From: an uncultured bacterium
GTDB lineage: Bacteria; Krumholzibacteriota; Krumholzibacteriia; Krumholzibacteriales; Krumholzibacteriaceae
Assembly: GCA_963813815.1 (NCBI GenBank)
Contig: CAWFAD010000007.1
Span: 32,001-96,000, forward strand
DNA: 64,000 nucleotides
Direction of reading: 5' to 3'
Notes under the pieces: generated by a model
Seen by the model: the letters and a program-made list of their open reading frames with translations, nothing else
Told to the model about the DNA's origin: nothing
The model's database searches: none
Made by a program: the position numbers and the translations under genes
In this document: positions 10,698-21,242 of the stretch, piece by piece
Layout of the letters: each line of letters opens with the position of its first letter
How positions within the stretch are numbered: the first letter of the stretch is position 1

Positions 10698-12218
10698 ATG
10701 AAGACGCAGATTCTCATCAACTTTACGCCCCGCGAGGTCAGAATCGCGATCATGGAGGATCGCGAGCTCGTCGAGTTTCTCATCGAGCGCGAGGACAGCC
10801 GCCGGACCGTCGGGGACGTGTATCTCGGCCGCGTCACGGCCGTCATCCCCGGCATTCAGGCCGCGTTCGTCGACATCGGCCAGGAGAAGGCGGCGTTCCT
10901 CCACGTGAGCGACGTGACGACCGGGGCGATCGATCCGGAGTTCCTCGACGAGGACGATCGCGACACGCAGAAGCGCGGCGAGCTGCCGCCGATCGAGAAT
11001 CTCCTCAAAAAGGGCCAGGACATCCTCGTCCAGGTCCGCAAGGAAGCGATCGGCACGAAGGGGCCCCGCATCTCGAGCGAGATCTCGCTCCCCGGCCGCT
11101 ACGCCGTCCTCATGCCCGGGCTCGACCACATCGGCGTGAGCAAGCGCATCGACGACCGGCGCGAGAGATCGCGTCTCAAGCAGATCGTGAAAAAATACCG
11201 CCCCGAGGGGGCGGCGATCATCGTCCGCACGGCGGGAGAGGGCGCGAGCGAAGAGCAGCTCCGCGACGACATCAAGTACCTCGAGAAGCTCGCGGCGGAG
11301 CTCAAGGAAAAGGTCGAGAAGGCCACGCCCCCCTCGATCATCCACGAGGACGTCGATCTCACCATCTTCGCCCTTCGCGACATCCTCACCGAAGAGGTCG
11401 AGTCGATCATCGTCGACAACCAGGTGGAGTTCGAGCGGCTGCGCGGATATCTGCGCACCTTCGCGCCCGACGTGGCGAACCGCATGCGGATGTACGAAGA
11501 AAAGACGCCGATATTCGATTTCTACGACATCGAAAGCGACATCGAGAAGATCCTCGAAAGCAAGATCTGGCTCAAGAAGGGCGGCTACATCGTGATCGAG
11601 CACACCGAGGCGCTCGTCACGATCGACGTCAACACGGGCCGTTTCGTCGGCAAGCGCGATCAGGAGGAGACGATTCTCGAGACCAACCTCCTCGCCGCGA
11701 AGGAGATCGCGCGCCAGCTCCGGCTTCGCGACATCGGCGGGATCATCGTCGTCGATTTCATCGACATGGAGGTGGAGGAGAACCGGCGCAAGGTCTACAA
11801 CGAGTTCCGCAACCTCCTTCGGAAGGACCGCTCGCGCGTGCGCGTCTACCCGATGAGCGATCTCGGCATCATCGAGGTGAGCCGCAAGCGCGTGCGCCCG
11901 AGCCTGCTCCACTACTTCAGCGAGGAATGCCCGTACTGCACGGGCAGGGGCAAGGTGCTGAGCCTCGAGTCGATGGCGATGAAGATCGAGCAGTGGATCC
12001 GCCGCATCGGCGCCCGGAAAAAAGAGCGCGGGATACTCTTCAAGCTCAATCCCGTCATCGGGCTCTACCTCCGCGAAGAGCGCGCCGACAATCTCACCGA
12101 GCTCGCCAACACCTACCGCCTGCGCGTCGAGATCGTCGACGACCCGCGCCTCCACCGCGAGGAGTACGAGATCTTCTCGCTCGATGGAGACCGGAACCTG
12201 AAGGCGCAGTTCGAGTAG
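10698..12218 (+). CDS. Ribonuclease E/G family (Rne/Rng)
   Basis: S1 region PGIQAAFVDIG, KEAIGTKGP, EALVTIDVNTG, RQLRLRDIGGIIVVDFIDM, Zn-link CPYC. Confidence 0.95.
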   Translation: MKTQILINFTPREVRIAIMEDRELVEFLIEREDSRRTVGDVYLGRVTAVIPGIQAAFVDIGQEKAAFLHVSDVTTGAIDPEFLDEDDRDTQKRGELPPIENLLKKGQDILVQVRKEAIGTKGPRISSEISLPGRYAVLMPGLDHIGVSKRIDDRRERSRLKQIVKKYRPEGAAIIVRTAGEGASEEQLRDDIKYLEKLAAELKEKVEKATPPSIIHEDVDLTIFALRDILTEEVESIIVDNQVEFERLRGYLRTFAPDVANRMRMYEEKTPIFDFYDIESDIEKILESKIWLKKGGYIVIEHTEALVTIDVNTGRFVGKRDQEETILETNLLAAKEIARQLRLRDIGGIIVVDFIDMEVEENRRKVYNEFRNLLRKDRSRVRVYPMSDLGIIEVSRKRVRPSLLHYFSEECPYCTGRGKVLSLESMAMKIEQWIRRIGARKKERGILFKLNPVIGLYLREERADNLTELANTYRLRVEIVDDPRLHREEYEIFSLDGDRNLKAQFE

Positions 12219-12303
12219 GCGCCGGACCGGCCGCGGGCCGGCAGGAGAGCCTCGGTTTTACACCCCTTTCGCCAATCTTTTGGCAGGTGTTGAAGTTGTC
12301 ATT

Positions 12304-12334
12304 TTATCGATAATAATATATCGATTATCAATAA
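12304..12334. promoter_or_regulatory. Candidate operator: palindrome TTATCGATAA plus related ATATCGATTA and TTATCAATAA
   Basis: AT-rich island directly upstream of the -35 of the DUF2975-XRE operon. Confidence 0.55.
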
Positions 12335-12341
12335 ATAATAT

Positions 12342-12370
12342 TTGACAAGCGATATCTTTCATGGCATACT
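12342..12370 (+). promoter_or_regulatory. Sigma70-type promoter
   Basis: TTGACA-17 nt-CATACT with a TG extended -10. Confidence 0.75.
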
Positions 12371-12487
12371 CTCCATGAGTGACGGCAGTCGCCGCGGGGG
12401 TTTCGCCCGAAACCGCGGGGCTCCGAAACCAGCAACGAAATGGCGGCGACCGCCCCAGCCCCCGGTGGGCGGCCCAAGGAGGTTGTC

Positions 12488-13138
12488 ATGAAGCCCGGAG
12501 GCCTTCGTCCCGTGACGGGAGTCGTGCGGGCGGGGATCTACCTCGCCTTTGCCTTGAGCATCGTCGCGCTACTCTATATCGCCGGGACGTTCGTGTACGC
12601 TCTCACGCACGCCGGCGATCTCGGCGTCGACATCGCGACGAACGTGTACCGGATGCCGGCGTTCGAGGAGCGGATCGGCGAAAGAGTCTTCGAGTCCGGA
12701 ACCGGCGCGGTGAGGTTCCGTCTCCAGGAGATCCACGCGGCGTTCACGTGGCTCAACATGCCGCGGAAGATCGTTTTCGCCGTTTACTTCCAGCTGTTCA
12801 TCCTGTGGCTGCTCTTCTTCATCGGCGTGCGGGAGCTCGCGAACGTTTTCGAGGACGTGGGCGCGGGCAAACCGTTCGTTCGCGAGAACGCGCGGCGGCT
12901 GCGCGTCGTCGGCCTCTGCATGGCCGGGGGCGGCATTTTCAAGATCCTGTTCATGGTCGTGTCGACCGTCGTCTTTTACGACGACGTCATGATACCGGGA
13001 GCGCGGCTGTCGTGGCGCCTGCTCGCCGCCGGGGACCCCAATCTCGGGTTCATTTTCGGCGGATTGGTCGTGCTCGCCGTCTCCGAGGTGTTTCGTCACG
13101 GCAACGCTCTCCAGGAAGAGCAGAGTCTCACGGTTTGA
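12488..13138 (+). CDS. DUF2975-family membrane protein
   Basis: AAGGAGG RBS; about 4 TM segments; PFVRENARRLR; C-terminal EVFRHGNALQEEQSLTV; paired with an XRE gene. Confidence 0.88.
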   Translation: MKPGGLRPVTGVVRAGIYLAFALSIVALLYIAGTFVYALTHAGDLGVDIATNVYRMPAFEERIGERVFESGTGAVRFRLQEIHAAFTWLNMPRKIVFAVYFQLFILWLLFFIGVRELANVFEDVGAGKPFVRENARRLRVVGLCMAGGGIFKILFMVVSTVVFYDDVMIPGARLSWRLLAAGDPNLGFIFGGLVVLAVSEVFRHGNALQEEQSLTV

Positions 13139-13145
13139 GGTGGCC

Positions 13146-13394
13146 ATGCCAATCATAGTGAATCTCGACGTGGAGCTCGCGAAACGAAAGATGAAGCTCA
13201 CCGACCTCGCCGAACGGGTCGGCATCACGATCGCGAACCTCTCGATCCTCAAACAGGGGCACGCGCGCGCGATTCGGTTCTCGACCCTCGATGCGATTTG
13301 CCGGGAGCTCGGTTGCCAGCCGGGGGATATACTGGAGCGCCGGGGGGAGGAGCCCGGGGGCGCGGGGGGCTCGGAGGGCCGAGAGCCCGCATGA
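13146..13394 (+). CDS. Cro/C1 (XRE, YozG-like) HTH transcriptional regulator
   Basis: MPIIVNLDV..LAERVGITIANLSILKQG.ARAIRFSTLDAIC..L.CQPGDILE. Confidence 0.93.
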   Translation: MPIIVNLDVELAKRKMKLTDLAERVGITIANLSILKQGHARAIRFSTLDAICRELGCQPGDILERRGEEPGGAGGSEGREPA

Positions 13395-13443
13395 GCCGCC
13401 GCGGCGGCGGTCTAACCGGTTGCCGCAATGAGGGTTTTTGCCC

Positions 13444-13473
13444 TTGACTTGGCATCCGCCGTTTGCTATCAAT
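13444..13473 (+). promoter_or_regulatory. Possible sigma70 promoter of rplU-rpmA
   Basis: TTGACT followed at 17 nt by TG-c-TATCAAT; imperfect -10. Confidence 0.4.
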
Positions 13474-13506
13474 ATATCTCTTTTGGAACCTACGAGGAGG
13501 ATGCTC

Positions 13507-13818
13507 ATGTACGCGGTCGTTCGCGTTGCGGGAAAACAAATTATGGCGAGGCCCGACGAGGTCGTGGACGTGCCGCGTCTCGATGTCGAGGCCGGAAGTC
13601 TCATACGCTGCGACGAGGTCCTGGCGTACTCCGACGGCACGGAGGTCCGGGTGGGTCGGCCGCGGCTCGAGGGCATCAAGGTGGTCGGCGAGGTGCTCGG
13701 ACATCGGCGCGCCGACAAAATTCTCATGTACAAGATGCGGCGGCGCAAAGGGTATCGCAGAACCCAGGGACACGTTCAGGAATACACGCGCATCAGGATC
13801 AAGGAAATCTCGGCCTGA
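13507..13818 (+). CDS. rplU: 50S ribosomal protein bL21
   Basis: MYAVVRVAGKQ...RRRKGYRRTQGH.Q.YTRIRI; GAGGAGG RBS. Confidence 0.96.
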   Translation: MYAVVRVAGKQIMARPDEVVDVPRLDVEAGSLIRCDEVLAYSDGTEVRVGRPRLEGIKVVGEVLGHRRADKILMYKMRRRKGYRRTQGHVQEYTRIRIKEISA

Positions 13819-13847
13819 CGGCCGCCTATCCGAGGAGTTGAGCCACC

Positions 13848-14102
13848 ATGGCGCATAAAAAAGGAGTCGGAAGCTCCAAGAACGGCCGCGACAGCAACGG
13901 CCAGCGGCTCGGTGTGAAGCGGTATTCCGGCCAGACGATCAACGCCGGGACAATCATCATACGCCAGCGCGGCACCCGGATCCATCCGGGCACGAACGTC
14001 GGCAAGGGCAAGGACGACACGCTCTTCGCGCTCGTCGACGGGGTCGTCACCTTCGAGCGGTTCGGACGTTCGAAGAAGCGCGTGAGCGTATACGGAAAAT
14101 AG
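13848..14102 (+). CDS. rpmA: 50S ribosomal protein bL27
   Basis: [32 protein letters not shown]. Confidence 0.98.
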   Translation: MAHKKGVGSSKNGRDSNGQRLGVKRYSGQTINAGTIIIRQRGTRIHPGTNVGKGKDDTLFALVDGVVTFERFGRSKKRVSVYGK

Positions 14103-14128
14103 CTTTTTCTCCGGGCGGGGCGTATACT

Positions 14129-14177
14129 ATGGAGAACCGGGAACAGGACCTGTTCCAGCGTGTTCTCCATTTTTTTT
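14129..14177 (+). terminator. Intrinsic terminator-like hairpin after rpmA
   Basis: ATGGAGAAC/GTTCTCCAT outer stem, GGAACAGG/CCTGTTCC inner stem, followed by a T run. Confidence 0.6.
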
Positions 14178-14191
14178 GCCGGGAGGAAATC

Positions 14192-14926
14192 ATGGGCGTG
14201 AAAGCGGCCCGGGCCGCCTGCGTCGCGGCGGCGCTCCTCGTCCCGGGAATCTCATTCGCGGGGGAATCGGCCATGAAAATCAAATATCTCGGCCACGCGG
14301 CGTTCGAGCTCGCGACCGCGGGCGGCGCGAGGATCGTCTTCGACCCCTACACGGCGGGCGCCTTCGGGACGCTCGATTACGGGGCGATCGAGGGGAAGTA
14401 CGACGTCGCCGTCACGAGCCACGACCACGCGGACCATACCTCGAAGGAGGTCCTCGCCCGCTCGAAGAACAAGGTGACGCAGGCGGGGAAAGCGACCTTC
14501 GGCGGCATCGTCGTCGAGTCGATCGCGACCTTCCATGACGAGTCGAAGGGCTCGAAGCGCGGAGCGAACCTCGTTTCGATCGTCGAGTGCGAAGGGCTGA
14601 GGGTGGCGCACCTCGGGGACCTCGGCCATGCAATAACGGCGGAGGAGTGCCCGGGGCTCGTGGGCGTGGACGTCATGATGATACCCGTCGGGGGCCATTT
14701 CACGATCGATGCCGCCGAAGCGGCGTCAATCGTGAAAACGTTCTCCCCGAAGATCGTGATCCCGATGCACTACAAGACGCCGAAGGCCGACTTTCCGATC
14801 CGGCCGGTGGAGGACTTCACGAAGCTCATGGAGCGGGTCGAGAAGGCGGGCGCGAGCGAGATCGAGATCAAGAAGGAAAAGCTCCCGGCGAAGACGACGG
14901 TCGTCGTCCTCGATCCGGCGAATTAG
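14192..14926 (+). CDS. Metallo-beta-lactamase-fold hydrolase with a possible signal peptide
   Basis: KIKYLGHAAF, SHDHADH, FHD, HLGDLGH, PVGG, IPMHY; GGAGG before ATG 14192; alternative start at the MKIKY Met. Confidence 0.88.
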   Translation: MGVKAARAACVAAALLVPGISFAGESAMKIKYLGHAAFELATAGGARIVFDPYTAGAFGTLDYGAIEGKYDVAVTSHDHADHTSKEVLARSKNKVTQAGKATFGGIVVESIATFHDESKGSKRGANLVSIVECEGLRVAHLGDLGHAITAEECPGLVGVDVMMIPVGGHFTIDAAEAASIVKTFSPKIVIPMHYKTPKADFPIRPVEDFTKLMERVEKAGASEIEIKKEKLPAKTTVVVLDPAN

Positions 14927-14959
14927 TCACCGAGGACACCGCTGCAAGAGAGGTTGAAG

Positions 14960-15976
14960 ATGGCGAAAGCGAGGAGACCGGCGAAGGCGCGGCCCACTCG
15001 GGCGAAAAAGGCTTCGCCGAGGAAGGGCGCCGCGAAGACCCGTCCCGCGAAGAAGGCGCTCCCGCCGAAACGCGCTGGCAAGGCGGCGGTCCGGCGGCCG
15101 GCGGCGAAACGCACGCCGACGCCCCCGGGACTCAAGTCGATCGAGGCGGGCAGGATCGCGGACGTCGTCGCGCGTCTCTCGATGGAGGCGAACTTCGAGC
15201 TCGAGGGGGACGTCGAGCGGGCCCTCTCGCGCGGCCTCCGCGCCGAGGAATCGCCGGTCGGCAAGGAAATCATCGGCCAGATCCTCGAGAACGCCGCGAT
15301 CGCGCGCGCCGAGCGGCTCCCGATCTGCCAGGACACCGGTCTCGCGATCGTGTTCGTCGAAATCGGCCAGGACGTGCACGTCGCCGGCGGAGGCCTCGAG
15401 GAAGCGATTCACGAAGGAGTGCGGCGCGGCTATACGGAGGGGTATCTCCGAAAATCGGTTCTCGGCGATCCGCTCCGCCGCGTCAACACGAAGGACAACA
15501 CCCCGGCCGTGATCCATACGCGGATCGTGCCGGGGCGCAAGCTTCGCCTGTGGATCGTCCCCAAGGGCGGCGGAAGCGAGAACAAGAGCAGGATCGCGAT
15601 GCTGAAGCCCGCCGACGGGGTCGAGGGCGTCAAGAAGTTCGTTCTCGAGGCCGTGAAGATCGCCTCGGCCGACCCCTGTCCGCCCATCATCGTCGGCGTC
15701 GGCGTCGGCGGCTCGTTCGAGCAATGCGCGTTGAACGCGAAGCGCGCTCTGCTGCGCGAGGTCGGCAGCGTTCACGCCGATCCATTTTACGCCGAGCTCG
15801 AGGCGGAGCTCCTGCGGAAGGTGAACGATCTCGGGATCGGCCCCCAGGGGCTCGGCGGACGGGTCACGGCGCTCGCCGTTCATATCGAGGCGGCCCCGTG
15901 CCACATCGCGTCGCTCCCCGTCGCGGTCAATCTGAACTGCCACGCCGCTCGCCACAAGGTGGCCGAGCTCTCATAG
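14960..15976 (+). CDS. Fe-S hydro-lyase alpha subunit (class I fumarate hydratase / tartrate dehydratase family) with a basic N-terminal extension
   Basis: PICQDTG, YLRKS, NTKDNTPA, KGGGSEN, CPP..VGVGVGG, GIGPQGLGG, CHIASLPVAVN..CHA.R. Confidence 0.93.
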   Translation: MAKARRPAKARPTRAKKASPRKGAAKTRPAKKALPPKRAGKAAVRRPAAKRTPTPPGLKSIEAGRIADVVARLSMEANFELEGDVERALSRGLRAEESPVGKEIIGQILENAAIARAERLPICQDTGLAIVFVEIGQDVHVAGGGLEEAIHEGVRRGYTEGYLRKSVLGDPLRRVNTKDNTPAVIHTRIVPGRKLRLWIVPKGGGSENKSRIAMLKPADGVEGVKKFVLEAVKIASADPCPPIIVGVGVGGSFEQCALNAKRALLREVGSVHADPFYAELEAELLRKVNDLGIGPQGLGGRVTALAVHIEAAPCHIASLPVAVNLNCHAARHKVAELS

Positions 15977-15990
15977 GAGGAGAACACGCC

Positions 15991-16542
15991 ATGGCGGAAT
16001 ATTCGATGAAGACGCCGCTCCGGCCCGAGGACGTGGACGCGCTGCGCGCGGGGGACACCGTGAGCCTCACCGGCGACATCTACACGGCCCGTGACGCCGC
16101 CCACAAGCGGCTCGTCGATCTCATCAAGGAGGGGAAGCCCTTGCCGATGCCGCTCGATGGACAGGTCATCTATTACGTCGGACCTTCTCCCACGCCGCCG
16201 GGGAAGCCGATCGGATCGGCGGGCCCCACGACGAGCGGGCGCATGGATCCCTACGCGCCGATCCTCATCGAGCGGGGGCTCCGCGGCATGATCGGAAAGG
16301 GAGAGCGCTCGCCGGGGGTCGTCGAGGCGATGCAGAAGCACGGATGCGTTTACTTCGCCGCGACGGGCGGCGCCGCGGCGCTTCTCTCGAAGCGGATCAA
16401 GGCCGCCCAGGTGATCGCGTATCCCGAGCTCGGCGCCGAATCCATTTCGAAGCTTCGGGTCGAGAATTTCCCCGTGATCGTGGCGCAGGACCGGTACGGC
16501 GGCAACATCTACCGCGACGGCCAGAAGCAGTATGCGCGATGA
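15991..16542 (+). CDS. Fe-S hydro-lyase beta subunit (fumarate hydratase C-terminal)
   Basis: GDIYTARDAAHKRL, YYVGP, AGPTTSGRM, MIGKG; AGGAGG RBS. Confidence 0.94.
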   Translation: MAEYSMKTPLRPEDVDALRAGDTVSLTGDIYTARDAAHKRLVDLIKEGKPLPMPLDGQVIYYVGPSPTPPGKPIGSAGPTTSGRMDPYAPILIERGLRGMIGKGERSPGVVEAMQKHGCVYFAATGGAAALLSKRIKAAQVIAYPELGAESISKLRVENFPVIVAQDRYGGNIYRDGQKQYAR

Positions 16543-17402
16543 GTCGAAGACGTGAAACTCCGAGGGGCGAGCAGCGCGCTCCGGCTCGCGAGTCGCTCCA
16601 TTCGGCGGACCGGGTGATCGTCGTCATCCCGGCGCGCTACGGCTCCACCCGGTTCGCCGGGAAGCCGCTCGCCGTCATTCAGGGCGTGCCGATGATCGTG
16701 CACGTCTTTCGCCGCGCGTCGAAGATCCGCAACGCCGACACCGTCGTCGTGGCCACGGACGACCCCCGCATCAAGGCGATCGTCGACGACGCCGGCGGCA
16801 CGGCGATCATGACCTCATCCGAGCACTCGACGGGAACCTCCCGCGTCCGGGAGGTGGCGGCGAAATTCACCCATGGCATCGTGGTCAACGTCCAGGGGGA
16901 CGAGCCCCTTCTGCCGGTGACCGCCGTCGAGCGGCTCATCGACGCCATGCGCGCGGACCGGAGCCTCATGATGAGCACGCTCGCCGCGCCGCTCGACGAC
17001 CTCGAGGAGTTCGCCCGGCCCGACGTCGTGAAAGTCGTCTGCGACCACGACGGAAACGCCCTCTATTTCTCGCGTTCCCCGATTCCGTACCCCGGTTTCC
17101 AGCCGGGAGGCGCCGCGACCCAACAGCCCGCGCCGCCCGATCCGCCCCCGGCGGGGAGGGGGCTCCTGCGGCACATCGGGGTGTACGCCTTCCGGCGCGA
17201 GCTCCTCATGATGTTGCGGCGCCTCGCGGCCGGCCCCCTCGAGCGCCTCGAATCGCTCGAGCAGCTCCGGGCCCTCGAGAACGGGTACCGCATCCGGGTC
17301 GTGGTCTGCCGCTCGGAGTCGATCGGCGTCGATCGCCCCGAGGATCTTCGGAAGATCGAGCAGGTGCTCCGCTCTCGGCCCGGCGCGCGGCGCCCGAGGT
17401 AG
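16539..17402 (+). CDS. kdsB: 3-deoxy-manno-octulosonate cytidylyltransferase
   Basis: IPARYGSTRF.GKPL, ATDD, VNVQGDEP, ALYFSRSPIP, HIGVY, ESLEQLRALE. Confidence 0.96.
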   Translation: MSRRRETPRGEQRAPARESLHSADRVIVVIPARYGSTRFAGKPLAVIQGVPMIVHVFRRASKIRNADTVVVATDDPRIKAIVDDAGGTAIMTSSEHSTGTSRVREVAAKFTHGIVVNVQGDEPLLPVTAVERLIDAMRADRSLMMSTLAAPLDDLEEFARPDVVKVVCDHDGNALYFSRSPIPYPGFQPGGAATQQPAPPDPPPAGRGLLRHIGVYAFRRELLMMLRRLAAGPLERLESLEQLRALENGYRIRVVVCRSESIGVDRPEDLRKIEQVLRSRPGARRPR

Positions 17403-19184
<1,782 letters not shown>

Positions 19185-19185
19185 G

Positions 19186-20037
19186 GTGGCAGCGGTGAAC
19201 GAGCTGCGGATAGCGGGGCGCACCGTCGATCCGCTCGCGACCCCCCTTCTCATAGCCGGCCCTTGCGTCCTCGAACGGCAGGAGGACGCCCTGCGCGTCG
19301 CCCAGGAGTGCTCCGAGGCGGCCGCGCGGGAGGGCTTCTTCTACATTTTCAAGTCGAGCTATCTCAAGGATAACCGCTCATCCATCGATTCCTACGCGGG
19401 GCCCGGGATCGAACGGGGGCTCGAGATGCTCGCCACCATCGGGGCCAAGACGGGAGCGCCGCTTCTCACCGACGTTCATTGCCGCGAGGAGATCCCGAAG
19501 GCAGCCTCGGTCGTCGACGTCATCCAGATCCCCGCTTTTCTCGTCCGCCAGACGCGCCTCGTCGCGGCCGCGGCCCGGACGGGGAAGATCGTGAACCTCA
19601 AGAAGAGCCAGATGCTCTCCCCCGAGGAGATGGGAAACGCCGTCGAAAAGGTCCGCGCCTCGGGCGGCGCCGGAGCGATGATCACCGAGCGCGGCACCAT
19701 GTTCGGGTACAACAACCTCGTCGTCGATTTCACGGCGTTTCCGCGGATGCGCTCCTTCGGCGCGCCCCTCATCTTCGACGCGACGCACTCGCTGCAGCTT
19801 CCGGGGGGGCTCGGGACAAAGTCGGGGGGTCGCCCCGAGTACGCCGCCACGCTCGCCCGCGCGGCCGCCGCCGCCGGGTGCGACGGGTTCTTCATCGAGA
19901 CCCATTTCGCCCCGCTCGAATGCCGGTGCGACGCCGAGGCGATGCTTCCCCTCGACCGGCTTCCCCGGCTGCTCGCGGAGCTCGCGAGCCTCGTCCGGCT
20001 CACGAGGAGCTTCGAAGCCCGGAGCGAACGATCATGA
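19186..20037 (+). CDS. kdsA: KDO 8-phosphate synthase (metal-dependent type)
   Basis: IAGPCVLE, KDNRSS, TDVH, QIPAFL, ERGTMFGYNNLVVD, DATHS, FIETH. Confidence 0.94.
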   Translation: MAAVNELRIAGRTVDPLATPLLIAGPCVLERQEDALRVAQECSEAAAREGFFYIFKSSYLKDNRSSIDSYAGPGIERGLEMLATIGAKTGAPLLTDVHCREEIPKAASVVDVIQIPAFLVRQTRLVAAAARTGKIVNLKKSQMLSPEEMGNAVEKVRASGGAGAMITERGTMFGYNNLVVDFTAFPRMRSFGAPLIFDATHSLQLPGGLGTKSGGRPEYAATLARAAAAAGCDGFFIETHFAPLECRCDAEAMLPLDRLPRLLAELASLVRLTRSFEARSERS

Positions 20038-21074
20038 CGAAAGGCGCGAAACGCGCGTCGGGAAAAACGGGCGCCGGCGGATCCCCCGCCTCCCGGAAAC
20101 CCCGCGACGTCGAAGAGATAGGCCGCGAGGTGATCGCCTCCGAGATCCGGGGGCTCGAGGAGCTTCGCCGCTCGATCGGGCCCGGATTCCGCGACGCCGT
20201 CTCGCTCCTGCTCGAGTGCTGCGGCAAGGTGATCGTGTGCGGGATAGGCAAATCGGGGATCGCCGCCCGCAAGATCGCGGCGACCCTCAGCAGCACCGGC
20301 ACGCCCGCCGTCTACCTCCATCCCGGCGACGCCGTCCACGGCGACATGGGCATGATCGCGAAGGAGGACGTCTTCCTCGCCGTGAGCAAGAGCGGGAGCA
20401 ACGACGAGCTCGCCAAGCTCATACCCTTCCTCAAGGCGCTCGGGGTCAAGATGATCGCCATCACGGCCTCGTCGGGCTCGGCCCTCGCGTCGGAGAGCGA
20501 CGTCGCGCTCTCCACGAACGCGCTCAAGGAGGCCTGTCCGATGGACATCGTGCCGACGACGAGCACGACGGCGGCGATCGTGCTCGGCGATGCGATAGCC
20601 GTCGCCGCGCTCCAGAGCCGGGACTTCGGCCGCGAGGATTTCGCGCGGCTGCACCCGAGCGGAATTCTCGGCAAGCGCCTGACCCTCACCGTGGGTGAGA
20701 TCATGCACAAGGGCGCGGCGATGCCCGCCGTCGGCATGGACGCGACGCTGCGCGAGGCGCTCTTCGAGATCGCGAACAAGCGGCTCGGATGCACGGGTAT
20801 CCTCGACGCGGAGAGCCGGCTCGCCGGCATCATTACCGACGGCGATCTCAAACGCATTCTCATCCGCGATCCGCGCGGCCTCGACGCGACGGTCGCCTCC
20901 GTCATGACGAAATCCCCGCGGACCACGCGCGCGGAGGAGCTCGCCGTCGACGCGCTCTCCCAGATGGAAATGGACCCGCGGGGCCCCGTGACTCAGCTCT
21001 TTGTGCTGGACGAAGCCGGCCGGCCCGTCGGCCTCATTCACATCCACGACATCATCCGCGAGGGCCTGAGATAG
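20034..21074 (+). CDS. kdsD: KpsF/GutQ-family arabinose-5-phosphate isomerase (SIS + CBS)
   Basis: GIGKSG, HPGDAVHGDMG, EACP..IVPTTST, HPSG.LG, CBS pair. Confidence 0.93.
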   Translation: MTKGAKRASGKTGAGGSPASRKPRDVEEIGREVIASEIRGLEELRRSIGPGFRDAVSLLLECCGKVIVCGIGKSGIAARKIAATLSSTGTPAVYLHPGDAVHGDMGMIAKEDVFLAVSKSGSNDELAKLIPFLKALGVKMIAITASSGSALASESDVALSTNALKEACPMDIVPTTSTTAAIVLGDAIAVAALQSRDFGREDFARLHPSGILGKRLTLTVGEIMHKGAAMPAVGMDATLREALFEIANKRLGCTGILDAESRLAGIITDGDLKRILIRDPRGLDATVASVMTKSPRTTRAEELAVDALSQMEMDPRGPVTQLFVLDEAGRPVGLIHIHDIIREGLR

Positions 21075-21137
21075 CGCGGCCGGGGCGCTCGTTTCCCCTT
21101 CGCGCCGGCCGTCGAGGCCGCCGATCCGCGCGAAATC

Positions 21138-21230
21138 GCCGATTATCCCCAAAACGAGCCGATTATTGCGCGTAATTCCTTATAGTTTCGTGTAATTACC
21201 TATGGTTCCGAGTTGTTACCAGATGTTGGC
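21138..21230. repeat. 20-bp-period direct repeats
   Basis: GCCGATTAT at 21138 and 21158; GTAATTCCTTATAGTTTCG (21172) and GTAATTACCTATGGTTCCG (21192) are 15/19 identical; weaker third copy at 21212. Confidence 0.6.
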
Positions 21231-21242
21231 ATAAATGTTGCT
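21226..21242 (+). promoter_or_regulatory. Sigma54 -24/-12 site
   Basis: TTGGCATAAATGTTGCT with exact GG-N10-GC spacing; abuts TTGACG at 21242. Confidence 0.7.

Noticed and set aside
13322..13378. Clustered G runs (possible G-quadruplex) at the XRE 3' end
   Set aside because: Common in high-GC DNA, and homopolymer lengths in this assembly look unreliable
13449..13467. TTGGCA...TTTGCT upstream of rplU as a sigma54 site
   Set aside because: GG-GC spacing is 12 nt, not the required 10
21138..21230. CRISPR-like array
   Set aside because: Only 2-3 degenerate 20-bp units, no spacers and no cas genes
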